DNA of 64,000 bases from a virus (taxonomy: Duplodnaviria; Caudoviricetes), in IMG/VR virus record IMGVR_UViG_2900261899_000001, positions 41,248 through 105,247 of that record; one strand, given 5' to 3'. The position numbers and the translations under genes were made by a program. Position 1 is the stretch's first letter, and every line of letters begins with the position of its first letter. The notes beneath the pieces are model-generated. The model saw nothing but the letters and a program-made list of their open reading frames with translations. It made no database searches and was not told the origin of the DNA. Positions 53,646 through 63,995 of the stretch are shown in pieces.

Positions 53646-54279
53646 CGCCCGCGCCGAACCGATCGTCGGTCGCGCGTCGGTGATCGACGGCGACACGATC
53701 GAAATCCGGGGGCAGCGATTCCGGCTACAGGGCGTCGACACGCCCGAGAGCGCACAACTCTGCCAGGATGCCGGCGGGAAGGACTACCGCTGCGGGCAGA
53801 AGGCGTCGCTCGCCCTGGCCGACAAGATCGGCGCCGGCAACGTCTCCTGCGAACCCGTTACCACCGACCGCTACGGCCGTACTGTCGCGATCTGCTCGCT
53901 GAACGCGCTCGACCTGAACGGATGGCTCGTCGAGCAGGGGCTCGGCATGGCCTACCGGAAGTACTCGACAGCCTACGTCGGGCAGGAGGAGGCCGCGAAG
54001 GCCGCTCGGCGTGGGATCTGGCAGGGTGCGTTCACGCCGCCGTGGGACTGGCGGAAGGGCGAACGGATCGGGCCGGAGGGGCAAACTGTGCCCCCGCCCG
54101 TTCACACGGCCGGGGCCTGCGATATCAAGGGCAACATCAGTCGAGGCGGCGATCGGATCTACCACCTGCCCGGCTCGCGCAGCTACGAGAAGACGGTGAT
54201 CACAGAGTCATCGGGCGAGCGGATGTTCTGTTCCGAGGACGAAGCGAAGGCGGCCGGTTGGCGACCGCCTCGCGGTTGA
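53584..54279 (+). CDS. Thermonuclease (SNase) with C-terminal IKGNI domain
   Basis: VIDGDTI, RLQGVDTPE, DRYGR, CDIKGNI....IYH.PG...Y...FCSE.EA..AGWR. Confidence 0.85.
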   Translation: MWRGTSAAVIGIVAAVIGAGSARAEPIVGRASVIDGDTIEIRGQRFRLQGVDTPESAQLCQDAGGKDYRCGQKASLALADKIGAGNVSCEPVTTDRYGRTVAICSLNALDLNGWLVEQGLGMAYRKYSTAYVGQEEAAKAARRGIWQGAFTPPWDWRKGERIGPEGQTVPPPVHTAGACDIKGNISRGGDRIYHLPGSRSYEKTVITESSGERMFCSEDEAKAAGWRPPRG

Positions 54280-54363
54280 GTGGTGAGCGCCGTGTCTCCA
54301 GGCGCGTAGACTTTCGGCATCGGTGGATGATACCATCTGCCCGGGATCTCATCGGGGCGATCC

Positions 54364-54711
54364 GTGACCATCGAGTACGAAACCGACACCGTTCTGCCGC
54401 CGATGCACCCCGGCGAGGTGCTCCGCGAGGAGTTTCTGCTCCCGCTGCGCCTCAGTCCCTACAAGGTGGCCAAGGCCTGCGGGGTCCCGCGGACCCGGAT
54501 CGAGCGAATCGCGCGCGAGGAGATGGGCATCACGGCCGACAGCGCGCTGCGGCTCGGCCGCTACTTCAACACCAGTGCCGATCTGTGGCTCAACCTGCAG
54601 CGCAAGTTCGAGGTCGAGATGGCAAAGCGTGCCATTGGGGACGAGTTGGCCGCGATCGAGCCTCTGAAGCGCGAAGCCGACGGGTCCGATCAGCCGATCA
54701 CTGCACCTTGA
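54364..54711 (+). CDS. higA: HigA-family antitoxin
   Basis: PMHPGEVLREEFL.PL, ITAD.ALRL.RYF.TS...WLNLQ. Confidence 0.85.
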   Translation: MTIEYETDTVLPPMHPGEVLREEFLLPLRLSPYKVAKACGVPRTRIERIAREEMGITADSALRLGRYFNTSADLWLNLQRKFEVEMAKRAIGDELAAIEPLKREADGSDQPITAP

Positions 54712-55138
54712 TGCGGGTCGAGGCCGACCAGTCGAGCTTGAGCACGACGGTCTTGCCGCGCTCGGCCTTGCCGGCATCGGACAGCTTGAACGCGCAGCCG
54801 ATGTAGCGCCACTGCGTGAAGCCGCCGTTGACCTCCTGGATGGTCTCCAGGATCGTCGCCTGCCGGATCGTCTGGCCCGAATAGAAGCCGGCCTCGCGGG
54901 TGGCGATCCAGTCGTCGACGACGGAGTTCGACCGGTCGATGTCGCAGGAGCCTTCCCAGCCGTCGGGATCCTCCTCGAAGATCGGTGGCCCGTTGAGCGG
55001 GCGGGACTTCACCTGCTCGGTGCGCTGCTTCTTGTCCCAACCGGTCTTGATCGGGATCGAAAGCGGAACGCCGGTGGCAGGATCGACGATCTCGAACGCG
55101 ACGTCGTGCCCGGTGTTGAAGGTGCCGAACGAGGACAT
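54698..55138 (-). CDS. Tail tube protein
   Basis: 146 aa ORF directly after sheath; GWEG. Confidence 0.75.
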   Translation of the reverse strand: MSSFGTFNTGHDVAFEIVDPATGVPLSIPIKTGWDKKQRTEQVKSRPLNGPPIFEEDPDGWEGSCDIDRSNSVVDDWIATREAGFYSGQTIRQATILETIQEVNGGFTQWRYIGCAFKLSDAGKAERGKTVVLKLDWSASTRIKVQ

Positions 55139-55231
55139 GGATTATGGGCTCCGGACTCGGAGGTCGATCGGAAGAAGGCGGAAGGCTCGTCGGGCAGGGG
55201 AGGGCCGGCGCCGCCGTGGCGCCGGCGCCGA

Positions 55232-56800
55232 TCAGGCCGCGAGCGACGTCGTGATGACGGCGAAGTTGAAGCCGGTCGGCTGGTTCTGCGTGCGGGTGAT
55301 CTGCACGGTCTGACCGCCCTCGATGTCGATGAGGAAGTATTCGACCACCGCGAGGTAGACGACCTTCACCGCGGCCTTCAGGTAGCCGGCGGCGATGCGG
55401 TTCACGGGGTTGTTCGAAAGATCGCAGATGACCTGGAAGTCATCGATCATCTTCTCGCCCTGCAGCGAGCCGAGGAAGGCGTTCAGCGTCGCCGAAGCGC
55501 GGGCGCGGGTCGAGTCGTCGGCCTGGCGGCTCTGCAGTTCACCGACGTATTTCCCCATGCCGGCGTCGAGCGTCTTGGCGATGTAGTTCGTCAGCCGGGT
55601 GTAAGCGACCTGGTGGATGCCGACGTTCGAGGAGGTGTTGCGACCGAAGCGGTTGCCGAACACCTTGCCGGCCGGGATCGGGTTGCAGATCAGCGAGAGG
55701 CCGTTCGAGCCGAGCAACTGGAGCTCGGCGTCGGAATAGGTCGCGCCGGTCGCGGACCGCTGCGTTCCGATGATGCCCTGCATCGGCTTGTTCAGCGTGG
55801 TGAACTGGGGCGCGAGGTTGACGAGCTTTCCGAGTTCGAAAGCCTGGGGCGAGACGTAGCGGTTGAGCCCGTTGGCCTCGTCGTAGAACAGGATCCAGTC
55901 GCCGACGAGGCGCTCGAAGGCGTAAGAGTCGATGCCACCGTCGTTGCGGGCCGAGACCGCCGTGGTGAGCGACTCGCCCGGCGTGCCGACACCGATCATC
56001 AACACACCCTCGGACAGGCCGAAGGCGATCTGCGTGGCATTCGTGGTGTCGTCGGTGCAGTCGCAGAGCGCCGCCACCGAGCAGCCGACGCTGCGCAGGG
56101 CGAACATGCCGGAGCGCGGGGTCGTGTCGGTGCCGACGAGGGTCTGTGCCGTGACACCCGAGGCGCCGTCGGTGCCGCCGGCCAGCGTGACCTTGGTGTT
56201 CTGGGTCGGGGCCGTGGTGCCGACGCCGGCCGCTGCGACGACGATCTGCGAGGCGCCGCGCGAGATGCTCTGGCCGTTGTTGATGGCCGAGGCGAGGGCC
56301 GGCCAGAAGGCCGCACCGGTGGCGGGCAGGTTGTCGAAGGCCTCCGAACCCAGGAAGGGCAGGGCGACGATCGCGCGGAGCGTGCCCGGGGCCGAGCCGC
56401 TGGTGACCAGGAAGCTGATCTGGTTCCCGCCCGTGCCGGTGTAGCGCGCCGTCAGGGTCAGGCAGTTCGTCTGCACGGTGGCGGTGGCGGCGAGGTCGGT
56501 GCCGTCGGTGACGCGGACACAGGCATAGGCGCCGGCGGCACCCTGCTTGGAGCCGACCGACACGAAGGTGCCCATGTCGTACTTGCGGTTCTGGGCCGGC
56601 CCGAAGTTCGGCTTGAAGCCGGACGGATCCGAGACCAGCACCGCGCGGCCGACCGGACCCCAGATCGCGGTACCGATGAGCCCGCCGATGTTCGTCGGGA
56701 CGCCGTTCAGCAGGAGTAGCTGCGGTTCGACTATGGAAATGTACAATCCGGGCGTCACGAGCGCGGTCGTGTTGAGCTGTCCGGCCGAGAAAATCGCCAC
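55232..56800 (-). CDS. Tail sheath protein
   Basis: PGLYI, G.A.WGP, LAGGTDG, C-terminal F.V.CD.SNN. Confidence 0.9.
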   Translation of the reverse strand: MAIFSAGQLNTTALVTPGLYISIVEPQLLLLNGVPTNIGGLIGTAIWGPVGRAVLVSDPSGFKPNFGPAQNRKYDMGTFVSVGSKQGAAGAYACVRVTDGTDLAATATVQTNCLTLTARYTGTGGNQISFLVTSGSAPGTLRAIVALPFLGSEAFDNLPATGAAFWPALASAINNGQSISRGASQIVVAAAGVGTTAPTQNTKVTLAGGTDGASGVTAQTLVGTDTTPRSGMFALRSVGCSVAALCDCTDDTTNATQIAFGLSEGVLMIGVGTPGESLTTAVSARNDGGIDSYAFERLVGDWILFYDEANGLNRYVSPQAFELGKLVNLAPQFTTLNKPMQGIIGTQRSATGATYSDAELQLLGSNGLSLICNPIPAGKVFGNRFGRNTSSNVGIHQVAYTRLTNYIAKTLDAGMGKYVGELQSRQADDSTRARASATLNAFLGSLQGEKMIDDFQVICDLSNNPVNRIAAGYLKAAVKVVYLAVVEYFLIDIEGGQTVQITRTQNQPTGFNFAVITTSLAA

Positions 56801-56872
56801 GGCGCTTCTCCAAAAGAAAAAGCCCCGCTCGCGCAGGGCCTGGATACAGGGGAGGGTTAGGAGGAGCGGGGC

Positions 56873-57076
56873 TTAGGAGGCCTTCGCCGCCTTGTCGGTC
56901 TTTGTGTCGGGCGCCGGCTCGACGGAGGCGTCGGCGGCCTTCGCGGGCGCGACCTTCACGACGTGCGCAGCCTGCTCGCGGTCGGCCATGATCGCCGCGA
57001 CCTTGTTGGGATCCGAAATCCGCTGACCGGCCTCGTAGCCGGCGACCGGCGAGATGACGACGAGATCGAAGTCCAT
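56873..57076 (-). CDS. Small hypothetical protein
   Basis: GAGGA RBS; followed by hairpin terminator near 56815-56840. Confidence 0.6.
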   Translation of the reverse strand: MDFDLVVISPVAGYEAGQRISDPNKVAAIMADREQAAHVVKVAPAKAADASVEPAPDTKTDKAAKAS

Positions 57077-57087
57077 GAAGGTATCCT

Positions 57088-57978
57088 CTACCCGAGCACG
57101 AAGGTGGTCGGGTCGGTGGGCAGGGCAGGGGGGATGATGGCCGGTCGCCCGGCCGAGGCGATCAGGACCTCCGTCGCATCGACGGTCAGGTACTCGCCGA
57201 ACTCGAACCAATGGCTGATGTCGCGCCGGTAGATCCCGGCCTTCTGCTCGTTGTCGACGTCGGTAGTGTGGTCGTAACTGATCCAGGCCGCCGAGCCGTC
57301 GCAGAGCGGCAGGAAGCGATTATGACAGCCGGCAAGATCCGAGGTGTCGGCGAGCCGGGACCGCACGATGCGGCCGGCGGCCTTCCGAAGATCCGGGCTC
57401 GGCGCCCAGATCGTCGTCATGATCGCGCGCTGGGAGCGCTCGACCTCTTTCGCCAGCCGCTGGACCGAACCGACACGTGCCGTCAGCCGGTAGGCCGTGG
57501 GGATCGTAACCACCGCGCCAGCGGCCGTGGCCGGGATGTCGGCGGCTACGATGAACGCGGCGAGTGCCGTCGCAATGGTGGCCGGCGTGTCGGCCGCCTG
57601 GACCGCATAGGCGAATCCGCGATCCCGCACGGAGACCGATACGGTCTGCGGCACGGCAACGGTGCCGCCGATCGTCAGTGTGGTCTCGGTCGTCGCGACG
57701 CTCAGCGTCTGGGCCGGCGGCGAGACGCGCAGCCATTGCGGCAGCGCGCGGGTGGTGACCCGTTCGAGATTCGGCGGCGGAAACACCGAGACGTAGACGC
57801 CGCGCGCCTCGCCCGTCTTCACGCCGGCAACGACGCGGTCGAGATCGGCCGGCAGCGGCCAGCCCTTCACGATGTAGACGTCGGCATCGATGGCGGAGGC
57901 GCGGTCCGCGCCGTCCGGATAGAGCGCCGAACCGAGCAGCGCCGCGATGGCGTCGACGACGTCGGAGAGGTCCGCCAT
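57088..57978 (-). CDS. Tail terminator / neck protein
   Basis: MADLSDV, GWP....LD, YRRD; precedes sheath. Confidence 0.65.
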   Translation of the reverse strand: MADLSDVVDAIAALLGSALYPDGADRASAIDADVYIVKGWPLPADLDRVVAGVKTGEARGVYVSVFPPPNLERVTTRALPQWLRVSPPAQTLSVATTETTLTIGGTVAVPQTVSVSVRDRGFAYAVQAADTPATIATALAAFIVAADIPATAAGAVVTIPTAYRLTARVGSVQRLAKEVERSQRAIMTTIWAPSPDLRKAAGRIVRSRLADTSDLAGCHNRFLPLCDGSAAWISYDHTTDVDNEQKAGIYRRDISHWFEFGEYLTVDATEVLIASAGRPAIIPPALPTDPTTFVLG

Positions 57979-57979
57979 G

Positions 57980-58435
57980 TCAGGATGCGTCCGGTGGCGG
58001 TGCAGCTTCGATGGCAGCGAGTGCGGTGCGGACCTCGACGGCTTCGTAGACCGTGATGGCACCGCCCTCGTGAAACCAGCGCCGCTCGGCCGAGCGCTGG
58101 ATCACGGAGTCGGCTGCGGGCCAAGCGGCGATGCTGTAGGCGTGCCCGCCGGTCTCGTGGACGACGGAGACGACCCAGCCGTTCGGCAGGACCCGGGCGC
58201 CGAGGGTGACGATGGCGACCTCGCCGCGCATCTCTTCGTGGACCAGTTCGCCGGCCTGGTGTCGCCAACCATCGTCGTCCTGGATCAGAACCCGGACGAG
58301 GCCTTCGTCTTCATCGGCCGTGACGACGGCGCCCAGTCTGACGCCGTCGAGGAACACGTCGTAGCGCTCGCGCGGCTGGCCAGAGAGAATCCCGGGGCGA
58401 AAGCCGGGGTCGCCGCGATTGATCGAGATCCGCAT
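57980..58435 (-). CDS. Hypothetical protein
   Basis: VFLDG......TADEDEG.V motif. Confidence 0.55.
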   Translation of the reverse strand: MRISINRGDPGFRPGILSGQPRERYDVFLDGVRLGAVVTADEDEGLVRVLIQDDDGWRHQAGELVHEEMRGEVAIVTLGARVLPNGWVVSVVHETGGHAYSIAAWPAADSVIQRSAERRWFHEGGAITVYEAVEVRTALAAIEAAPPPDAS

Positions 58436-58438
58436 CGC

Positions 58439-58801
58439 TCAGGCCTCAAGGCGTTCGGTGCGCAGCGTGAAGCCCATGGGATGGGGGTAGCTGGCGATGA
58501 CCTGGTACCGGTTGCCGAGATCGTCGATGACGACGTCGCGGTTGACGATCGCGCCCATCGGCGGGGCAGCACGGCGCGGTATGAAGATGTCCCACACGGT
58601 CGCGCTCTGGGCGTCGGCCGGGACGTTCGCCGCCGGGCGACCGGAGGAGGTGGCATGCTGGACCGAGGCCGGCAGGCCCTGGAAGACGGTGATTTCGCCG
58701 TCCCGATCGAGACCGCCGTAGCCAGATTGCAAACCCGGCGCAGCGACGGCGTCGCCCTCGGGGCGGGTGATGGTGATCTTGCGCGGGTAGCACCAGCTCA
58801 T
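58439..58801 (-). CDS. Head-tail adaptor/stopper
   Basis: Position; W.IFIP, D...DD.G.RY.V. Confidence 0.65.
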   Translation of the reverse strand: MSWCYPRKITITRPEGDAVAAPGLQSGYGGLDRDGEITVFQGLPASVQHATSSGRPAANVPADAQSATVWDIFIPRRAAPPMGAIVNRDVVIDDLGNRYQVIASYPHPMGFTLRTERLEA

Positions 58802-58808
58802 GATGCCC

Positions 58809-59432
58809 TCACGCCGGCAGGGTGTCTTGGTACTGGGAGAGCACCGCGTAGACGCTCGGCGGCATCGGGATCGACTTGCCGCCCATCCGCACGACGCCAC
58901 CGAGCGCGGCAAAGCGTTCTTCGTGGTCGCCCGCCTTCCGGGCCACGAGATCGGCCGGCCGGTCCTGCGCCAGATACCCGGTCTTCAGCCAGTCGAGGCA
59001 GGCCATGACGAGGTCGGCCGGGATCCGCGCATAGCCCGCCGTGTAGGTCACGCTGACGTTCTGGCGCCCGCGGGGGAAGGTGTAGCCGTAGACGTCGAGG
59101 GTGCGGCGGCCGTCATGAACGTAGCCGGGTCCATGCGGGTTGGAGCGTGCCGAGACCGGACGGCCCTCGATCTCGAGCGAGGCGATCGCCGTGATCGGGA
59201 AGTTTCGCATCAGCAGCCGCGGGTTGCCGGACCCGTCATACGTCTCGGTATGCTCGGTCAGGACGAAGGAGCGTGAGCACCATGTCGCGATGCGCTCCGA
59301 AACGGCCGAGATCGCAAGCTGCAGCCCGACATCGTCGGTGCCGGCTGGGATGCCGAGATAGCCGTAGGCCACCGCAAGCGTCGTGAGGTCGGCGGGACCG
59401 GGCTCGATGGCCGGGGGCGTGGGATCGGCCAT
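58809..59432 (-). CDS. Head-tail connector (gp6-like)
   Basis: LTTL, C.R.F, YDG.G, FPRG.QNV.VTYTAGY..IP.DL. Confidence 0.8.
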   Translation of the reverse strand: MADPTPPAIEPGPADLTTLAVAYGYLGIPAGTDDVGLQLAISAVSERIATWCSRSFVLTEHTETYDGSGNPRLLMRNFPITAIASLEIEGRPVSARSNPHGPGYVHDGRRTLDVYGYTFPRGRQNVSVTYTAGYARIPADLVMACLDWLKTGYLAQDRPADLVARKAGDHEERFAALGGVVRMGGKSIPMPPSVYAVLSQYQDTLPA

Positions 59433-59444
59433 CGCGGCGTCCGT

Positions 59445-59702
59445 TTAGGCGGCGGGCGGTTCGTCGGTGGGTGCGGTTTCGCCGAGATCGACCAACCGGA
59501 AGCCGTGCGGGGCGATGGCGACGAGCACGCCGATGGGCGCGAACGTCCAGCCCTCGTCGTTTGCGGCATAGGTCACGCCGTCGACGGTCACGGAGGCGTT
59601 TGGATCGTCGTGCTCGACCGCAGCGAAGCCTTCGGGAACGACGACGGGCTCGACGTCGGCCTGGGTGGCTGCGGCGGAGCGGTTTGGATTGCGGCGGGGC
59701 AT
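59445..59702 (-). CDS. Small hypothetical head protein
   Basis: Between capsid and connector. Confidence 0.55.
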   Translation of the reverse strand: MPRRNPNRSAAATQADVEPVVVPEGFAAVEHDDPNASVTVDGVTYAANDEGWTFAPIGVLVAIAPHGFRLVDLGETAPTDEPPAA

Positions 59703-59784
59703 GCGATTCTCGCGTTGCGAGACCGGGCGGCGGATGCCGCCCGGCTCGTTGATGGAGACAGGTGATCGGGCGGCGAAGCCGCGA

Positions 59785-61314
59785 TCAGCCCTTTGCGATG
59801 TTCGTCACGATTCCCATGGCGAAGGGGGCGTACACGGCGAGGACTTCCTCGGCGTAGACACCGACCTGGCGCTGGCGGGTCGTGATCGGCCAATCGATCT
59901 CGTAGTAGTCCTGGCGGACCTTCACCTCGGCGACGTTGGGAACCTCGTTCGCCTGGTACTGGATCGGCAGGTTCTCGGCCCAGCCGATCATCGTGCCCGG
60001 GGGCAGAGCCGGGTGGATCTTCACCGGAATCTTGCTGCCGCCCTCGGTCGAGTACGGGTTGAAGTAGTACTCGATCGTGCCGCCGGCCGTGGCCTTCACA
60101 CCGCCGCTCTGCGGATCCTGCATGTAGTGCAGGAGCGGAGCGGAGCTGCCGGTCAGGACGGCGTTGGTGAGGCCGGTCGTCTCCTGGCTGTTCACGTACA
60201 GAACCGACGGGGAGACCTGGTAGGCATCCCACATGCCCTGGAGCATGGCGTCGACCTCGTTGCACGAGCCGCGGCCCGAAGAGGTCAGTTTGGTGCCGAT
60301 GCCGGCGGTGCCGGTGGCGAGCTGGTTCACATAGGCGGCACCGTTCGCACCGGCCTTGAAGGCGGTGGTCAGGAGGCCGTCGAAGGCGAGGTTCGGGTTC
60401 GCCGAGTTGTCGGCCGTGATGGCGGTCGCCGGCTGGGTGCCGGTGCGCAGCGTCGAGAGCGAGACCGAGTTGATGTAGGTGATCGCCTGCAGCACCTCGG
60501 AGCCGGACGGACCGACGAACCAAGCGTAGCCCATGGCACCCATGATCGGCGCGACGGACGCCAGGATGCTCTGGCCCGACGTCACCGCGACGCTGCCGGC
60601 GGCCGACTTGTTCGAGGAGCCGCCGTAGAGCGTGAAGGTCTTGCCGTCAGCGCCGTTGATCACCTTGGTGGTCGGAATGCCGTTGGCGATCGACGCGCCA
60701 CGGCAACCCTCGAACGAGAGGGCGACGACGATGACCGAGTAGGTCGCGGCGGCGATCGCACCGGTGCTGCCGGAGGCCGAGGCGACCGGAGCAGACGGCG
60801 TGCCGAGCTGCAGAGTCGCGTTGCCGCCGAGGAGCGCGTTCTCCTCCTTCAGCATCATCTTCTGTAGCATGCGCATGGTCATGCGCGCCTTGACGTCCTC
60901 GAAGCCGCGACCGGCGTTGATCGCCTCGAAGCTGGCGCCGTCTTCCTCGCCGATCGTTACGTAGGAGGCGGCCTTGTTCGACGTGGCGTAGCTCATCTGA
61001 CCGGAGCGCTGGCCTTCCGGCACCCAGCCCTGGGCGTCGTAGCCGGAGCCGATGATGCGATCGATCGCCTTCCAGTTGGTGGCGACGCCGATGCCGCCGC
61101 CGACGCGGGGCAGGCGGTTCCGGATCGGCGTGTTGACCGGGTAGAGGTTCTTCGCCGGGGCCTGGAGGTCGTAGGCGACGAGGCCGGTCTGCGTGGTGAT
61201 GCTCTTGGCGAGCTCGTCGTTCGACATGCCGGCGGCGGACAGGATGGAGCGGGCGATGTCCTCGCTCGGGGCCTGCAGGGCGGCCTTGATGAGATCGTCG
61301 GTGTTGGCGGTCAT
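59785..61314 (-). CDS. Major capsid protein
   Basis: Follows protease/scaffold; YDL..PAK.LYPV.TP.RN..PR, EE..LLGG, FDGL; large internal insertion. Confidence 0.8.
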   Translation of the reverse strand: MTANTDDLIKAALQAPSEDIARSILSAAGMSNDELAKSITTQTGLVAYDLQAPAKNLYPVNTPIRNRLPRVGGGIGVATNWKAIDRIIGSGYDAQGWVPEGQRSGQMSYATSNKAASYVTIGEEDGASFEAINAGRGFEDVKARMTMRMLQKMMLKEENALLGGNATLQLGTPSAPVASASGSTGAIAAATYSVIVVALSFEGCRGASIANGIPTTKVINGADGKTFTLYGGSSNKSAAGSVAVTSGQSILASVAPIMGAMGYAWFVGPSGSEVLQAITYINSVSLSTLRTGTQPATAITADNSANPNLAFDGLLTTAFKAGANGAAYVNQLATGTAGIGTKLTSSGRGSCNEVDAMLQGMWDAYQVSPSVLYVNSQETTGLTNAVLTGSSAPLLHYMQDPQSGGVKATAGGTIEYYFNPYSTEGGSKIPVKIHPALPPGTMIGWAENLPIQYQANEVPNVAEVKVRQDYYEIDWPITTRQRQVGVYAEEVLAVYAPFAMGIVTNIAKG

Positions 61315-61413
61315 GGGTCGTGCGATCCTTGTCGGCACAAAAAAACCGCCCCGAAAGGCGGCTGCGCGGTCGGCCCCGGGTGACCGGGGAGGCGGGTCAG
61401 GGTAGCGGGGCGA

Positions 61414-62871
61414 TCAGCGGCTGACGGAAATCGGCCGAGCGTGCGCTGCCTTCAGCAGGGCCAGGGTGCGGTCCTCCTCCGACATCTCGTCGAGGGCCTT
61501 CCTGACGTCTTCCGTGGACAGGCTGGGTGCCGCGGAAGCGGCAGGGCTGCCGATCACGTCCTGCTCCTTCGAGACGGGCGTGATGTCGGCCTTGGCGAAC
61601 GTCCCGGCGGTCTTCGCCGGGGCGGGCTCGGCCTCGACCTTGGCGAGGCGGGCGGTCAGACCCTCCACGGCCTTGGCGAGCGGTTCGACGCGGTCGGCGA
61701 GCTTGACGAGGGCTTCGTCGCGCTCGGCGACCTTGGCGAGCAGGGAATCGTGTTCGGCCTTGGTCAGGGCCTCGGCGTCGGCGGCCTTCGACAGCGCCTC
61801 GCTGGCCGCGGCCTTCTTGGCGGTGACCTCGGCGACGAGCTCGTCGATCTCCTCGATCGCCATCTCCTTGAAGAGGGCGGCGCCGGCGACGAGCCAGGAG
61901 CGCATCTTGGCGGGAACGGGGCTATTGTCGCCCTCGTAATCGGCCTCGCAGGCACAGGACGACACGATGGACGCGATGGACGAGATTACGTCCGAGAAGC
62001 GCTGGACCGTGTACATGCCCTTCGCCAGATCGTCGGCACCGGCGGCCTTGCTAACGCTGGCTTCGAGGGCGTCGACGGCAGCGGCGGCACGCGCGAGCGC
62101 GTCGACGGGACTGGTGGCATCCGCCTTCTCGACAACCGCGACGGTCTCGGGCCCCGTCTTGGCGACCTCGCCATCGACGGGCTTGTCCGGGGACGGAGCG
62201 TCCACCGCGCCGTCGACGGTTGGCTTGGCCACTTCGGTGACGGCGGCCACATCGGCCTTCGGCGCTTCGACCGTGGCGGTCGCGGTCTGAGCGGCCGCGG
62301 CTGCCTCGAGGGCCTTGGCGACGGCCTCGCCCGGGGATGCCGCAGGCGCGACACCGGTCTCCTTCACCGCCGCGGCGGCGTCGGGCGCAGTGTCTGCGCC
62401 AGCGGAATCCTTCATGGAATCGTCCTCTTCGTGATCGGCCTTCCAGACGTCGAAGACCGCTTCCGGATTGCACGGGCGGTCGACGAGGCTGATCTCGTTC
62501 AGGCGGATCTTGGTGATGGTTTTGCGCTTGGCGGGATCCCGGGCGAGGACCTTCCCGCCGATGGAGAAGCCCTTGTAGGTCCCGCTCTTGATCTTCAGGA
62601 TCGCGACGGGATCGACGACGGTGGCCGTGATCACGGTCCGGTCGTCGTCACCGACCTCGGCGACGTCGACGGTGCCGGCGGCCGAAAGCTGGTGCATCTC
62701 GCGCAGCGGCCCGGAGCCGTGTGCGAAGAAGTCGGGGAGGGCGTCCCGGATCGCGTCGGCGGTGATGGTTTCGCCGGCCGCGTCCGTGGCTTCGCTGGAG
62801 GCGATCCCGGTCACCGTCAGGGTGCCGTTGTCGTTCTCGTCGGCCTTCTGCAAGGACAGGAAGAAGCGCAT
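61414..62871 (-). CDS. Prohead protease fused to scaffold
   Basis: V.GIAS.E..D..GE, LREMH, GFSIGG, EISLVDRP.NPEA; Ala-rich coiled C-terminus. Confidence 0.85.
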   Translation of the reverse strand: MRFFLSLQKADENDNGTLTVTGIASSEATDAAGETITADAIRDALPDFFAHGSGPLREMHQLSAAGTVDVAEVGDDDRTVITATVVDPVAILKIKSGTYKGFSIGGKVLARDPAKRKTITKIRLNEISLVDRPCNPEAVFDVWKADHEEDDSMKDSAGADTAPDAAAAVKETGVAPAASPGEAVAKALEAAAAAQTATATVEAPKADVAAVTEVAKPTVDGAVDAPSPDKPVDGEVAKTGPETVAVVEKADATSPVDALARAAAAVDALEASVSKAAGADDLAKGMYTVQRFSDVISSIASIVSSCACEADYEGDNSPVPAKMRSWLVAGAALFKEMAIEEIDELVAEVTAKKAAASEALSKAADAEALTKAEHDSLLAKVAERDEALVKLADRVEPLAKAVEGLTARLAKVEAEPAPAKTAGTFAKADITPVSKEQDVIGSPAASAAPSLSTEDVRKALDEMSEEDRTLALLKAAHARPISVSR

Positions 62872-63995
62872 CAGGCGTCCTCGTCACCCTCAGGGGGATC
62901 GATGTCCGGGTCTTCGTCGTCGCCATTCCCAGAATCGACTTCGGGGGGCTGGGCGGCGCGCGCTGCGGCCTCGGCGCTCGCGATGACCGCGGCGTCGTTG
63001 GCTTCGATCTCGATCGCACCCTGCGCGATGTAGATCCGAGCCTTGTTGCCGCCCGGCACGGGACCTTGGCCGCGGCGCTCACGCACCTCGTCGATGGTCT
63101 CGGAGCCGTTGCGGAGGTTCTTATCGTCGATCTCGGCCTGAACCTTCGGATCGATCTCGCGAGCCGGGTTCCACTCGAATTCGAGATCGGGGTGGCCGAG
63201 GTCGTCCTGGACGACACTGTCGAGCATGCGCTTGGCCCAGAGCAGCAACGGGGCGAGCCCCTGTTCCTCGCTCTGCTCGGCGTCGTTGTCCGAGGTGGCC
63301 CGGTTGACCTGCTTCACGAACGGGGTCGGCGGCAGGCTGAAGGCGAAGCAGACGATGCGGGCGAGCCACTCGTCGAATTCGTCCTTGATCGGGGCGTCCT
63401 TGAAGGCCTGGTACTTGGTATCCTTCGGAACCCAGAGTTGCTTGGACCGCTCGCCGGTCTGTCCGCTGAGCTTGGCGTCCATCCAGGACTGCCAGTCCTT
63501 GATCTGCTCGGGCGTCCAGCCCTCGGGCGCACTCAGCAAGCCAGCCGGCGTGTTGCCCTCGGTGAAGTAGGCGAGCTGCGTGGCCTGCCGGCGCATGGCC
63601 GTCGTCAGTGTGACGACGATCTGCTCGACGGGGCTGTAGCCGTAGAGGTGGTTGGACCGCGGATTGCGCGGGGCATAGATCAGGTCGTCGCTCGTGAGGT
63701 CGGCCCACGGGACACCCTTGATGACCTGCTGGTAAGCCGGGAGCGGCATCATGGGCCGGCGGCCGCGCTCGTCGACCAGAACCTTGATCGTGCCGCCGTC
63801 GACCACGTCGAGGCCGATCAGCTCACCGCCGCGATTCCGGCGCCGCTCGATCGCTGGCGCATCAAGCACCAGCAGGTCCTCGACGAGCATGCGCATCCAG
63901 GTCGCGAACGGTGTGACACCGTCCGGCTTGCGCAACATCTTCTCGACGGCGTCGATGCGGGTGTCGCGATCATGCTGTCGGGCCCGCCCGAGCAT
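62871..63995 (-). CDS. Portal protein (start probably beyond window edge)
   Basis: YGYSPVEQI, YFTEGN.P.G, F.LPP, N.AT, TI.EVR...G..P. Confidence 0.85.
   Translation of the reverse strand: MLGRARQHDRDTRIDAVEKMLRKPDGVTPFATWMRMLVEDLLVLDAPAIERRRNRGGELIGLDVVDGGTIKVLVDERGRRPMMPLPAYQQVIKGVPWADLTSDDLIYAPRNPRSNHLYGYSPVEQIVVTLTTAMRRQATQLAYFTEGNTPAGLLSAPEGWTPEQIKDWQSWMDAKLSGQTGERSKQLWVPKDTKYQAFKDAPIKDEFDEWLARIVCFAFSLPPTPFVKQVNRATSDNDAEQSEEQGLAPLLLWAKRMLDSVVQDDLGHPDLEFEWNPAREIDPKVQAEIDDKNLRNGSETIDEVRERRGQGPVPGGNKARIYIAQGAIEIEANDAAVIASAEAAARAAQPPEVDSGNGDDEDPDIDPPEGDEDA

Noticed and set aside
55106-63033. Long + strand ORFs opposite sheath, capsid and protease genes
   Set aside because: Antisense shadow ORFs typical of high-GC coding DNA
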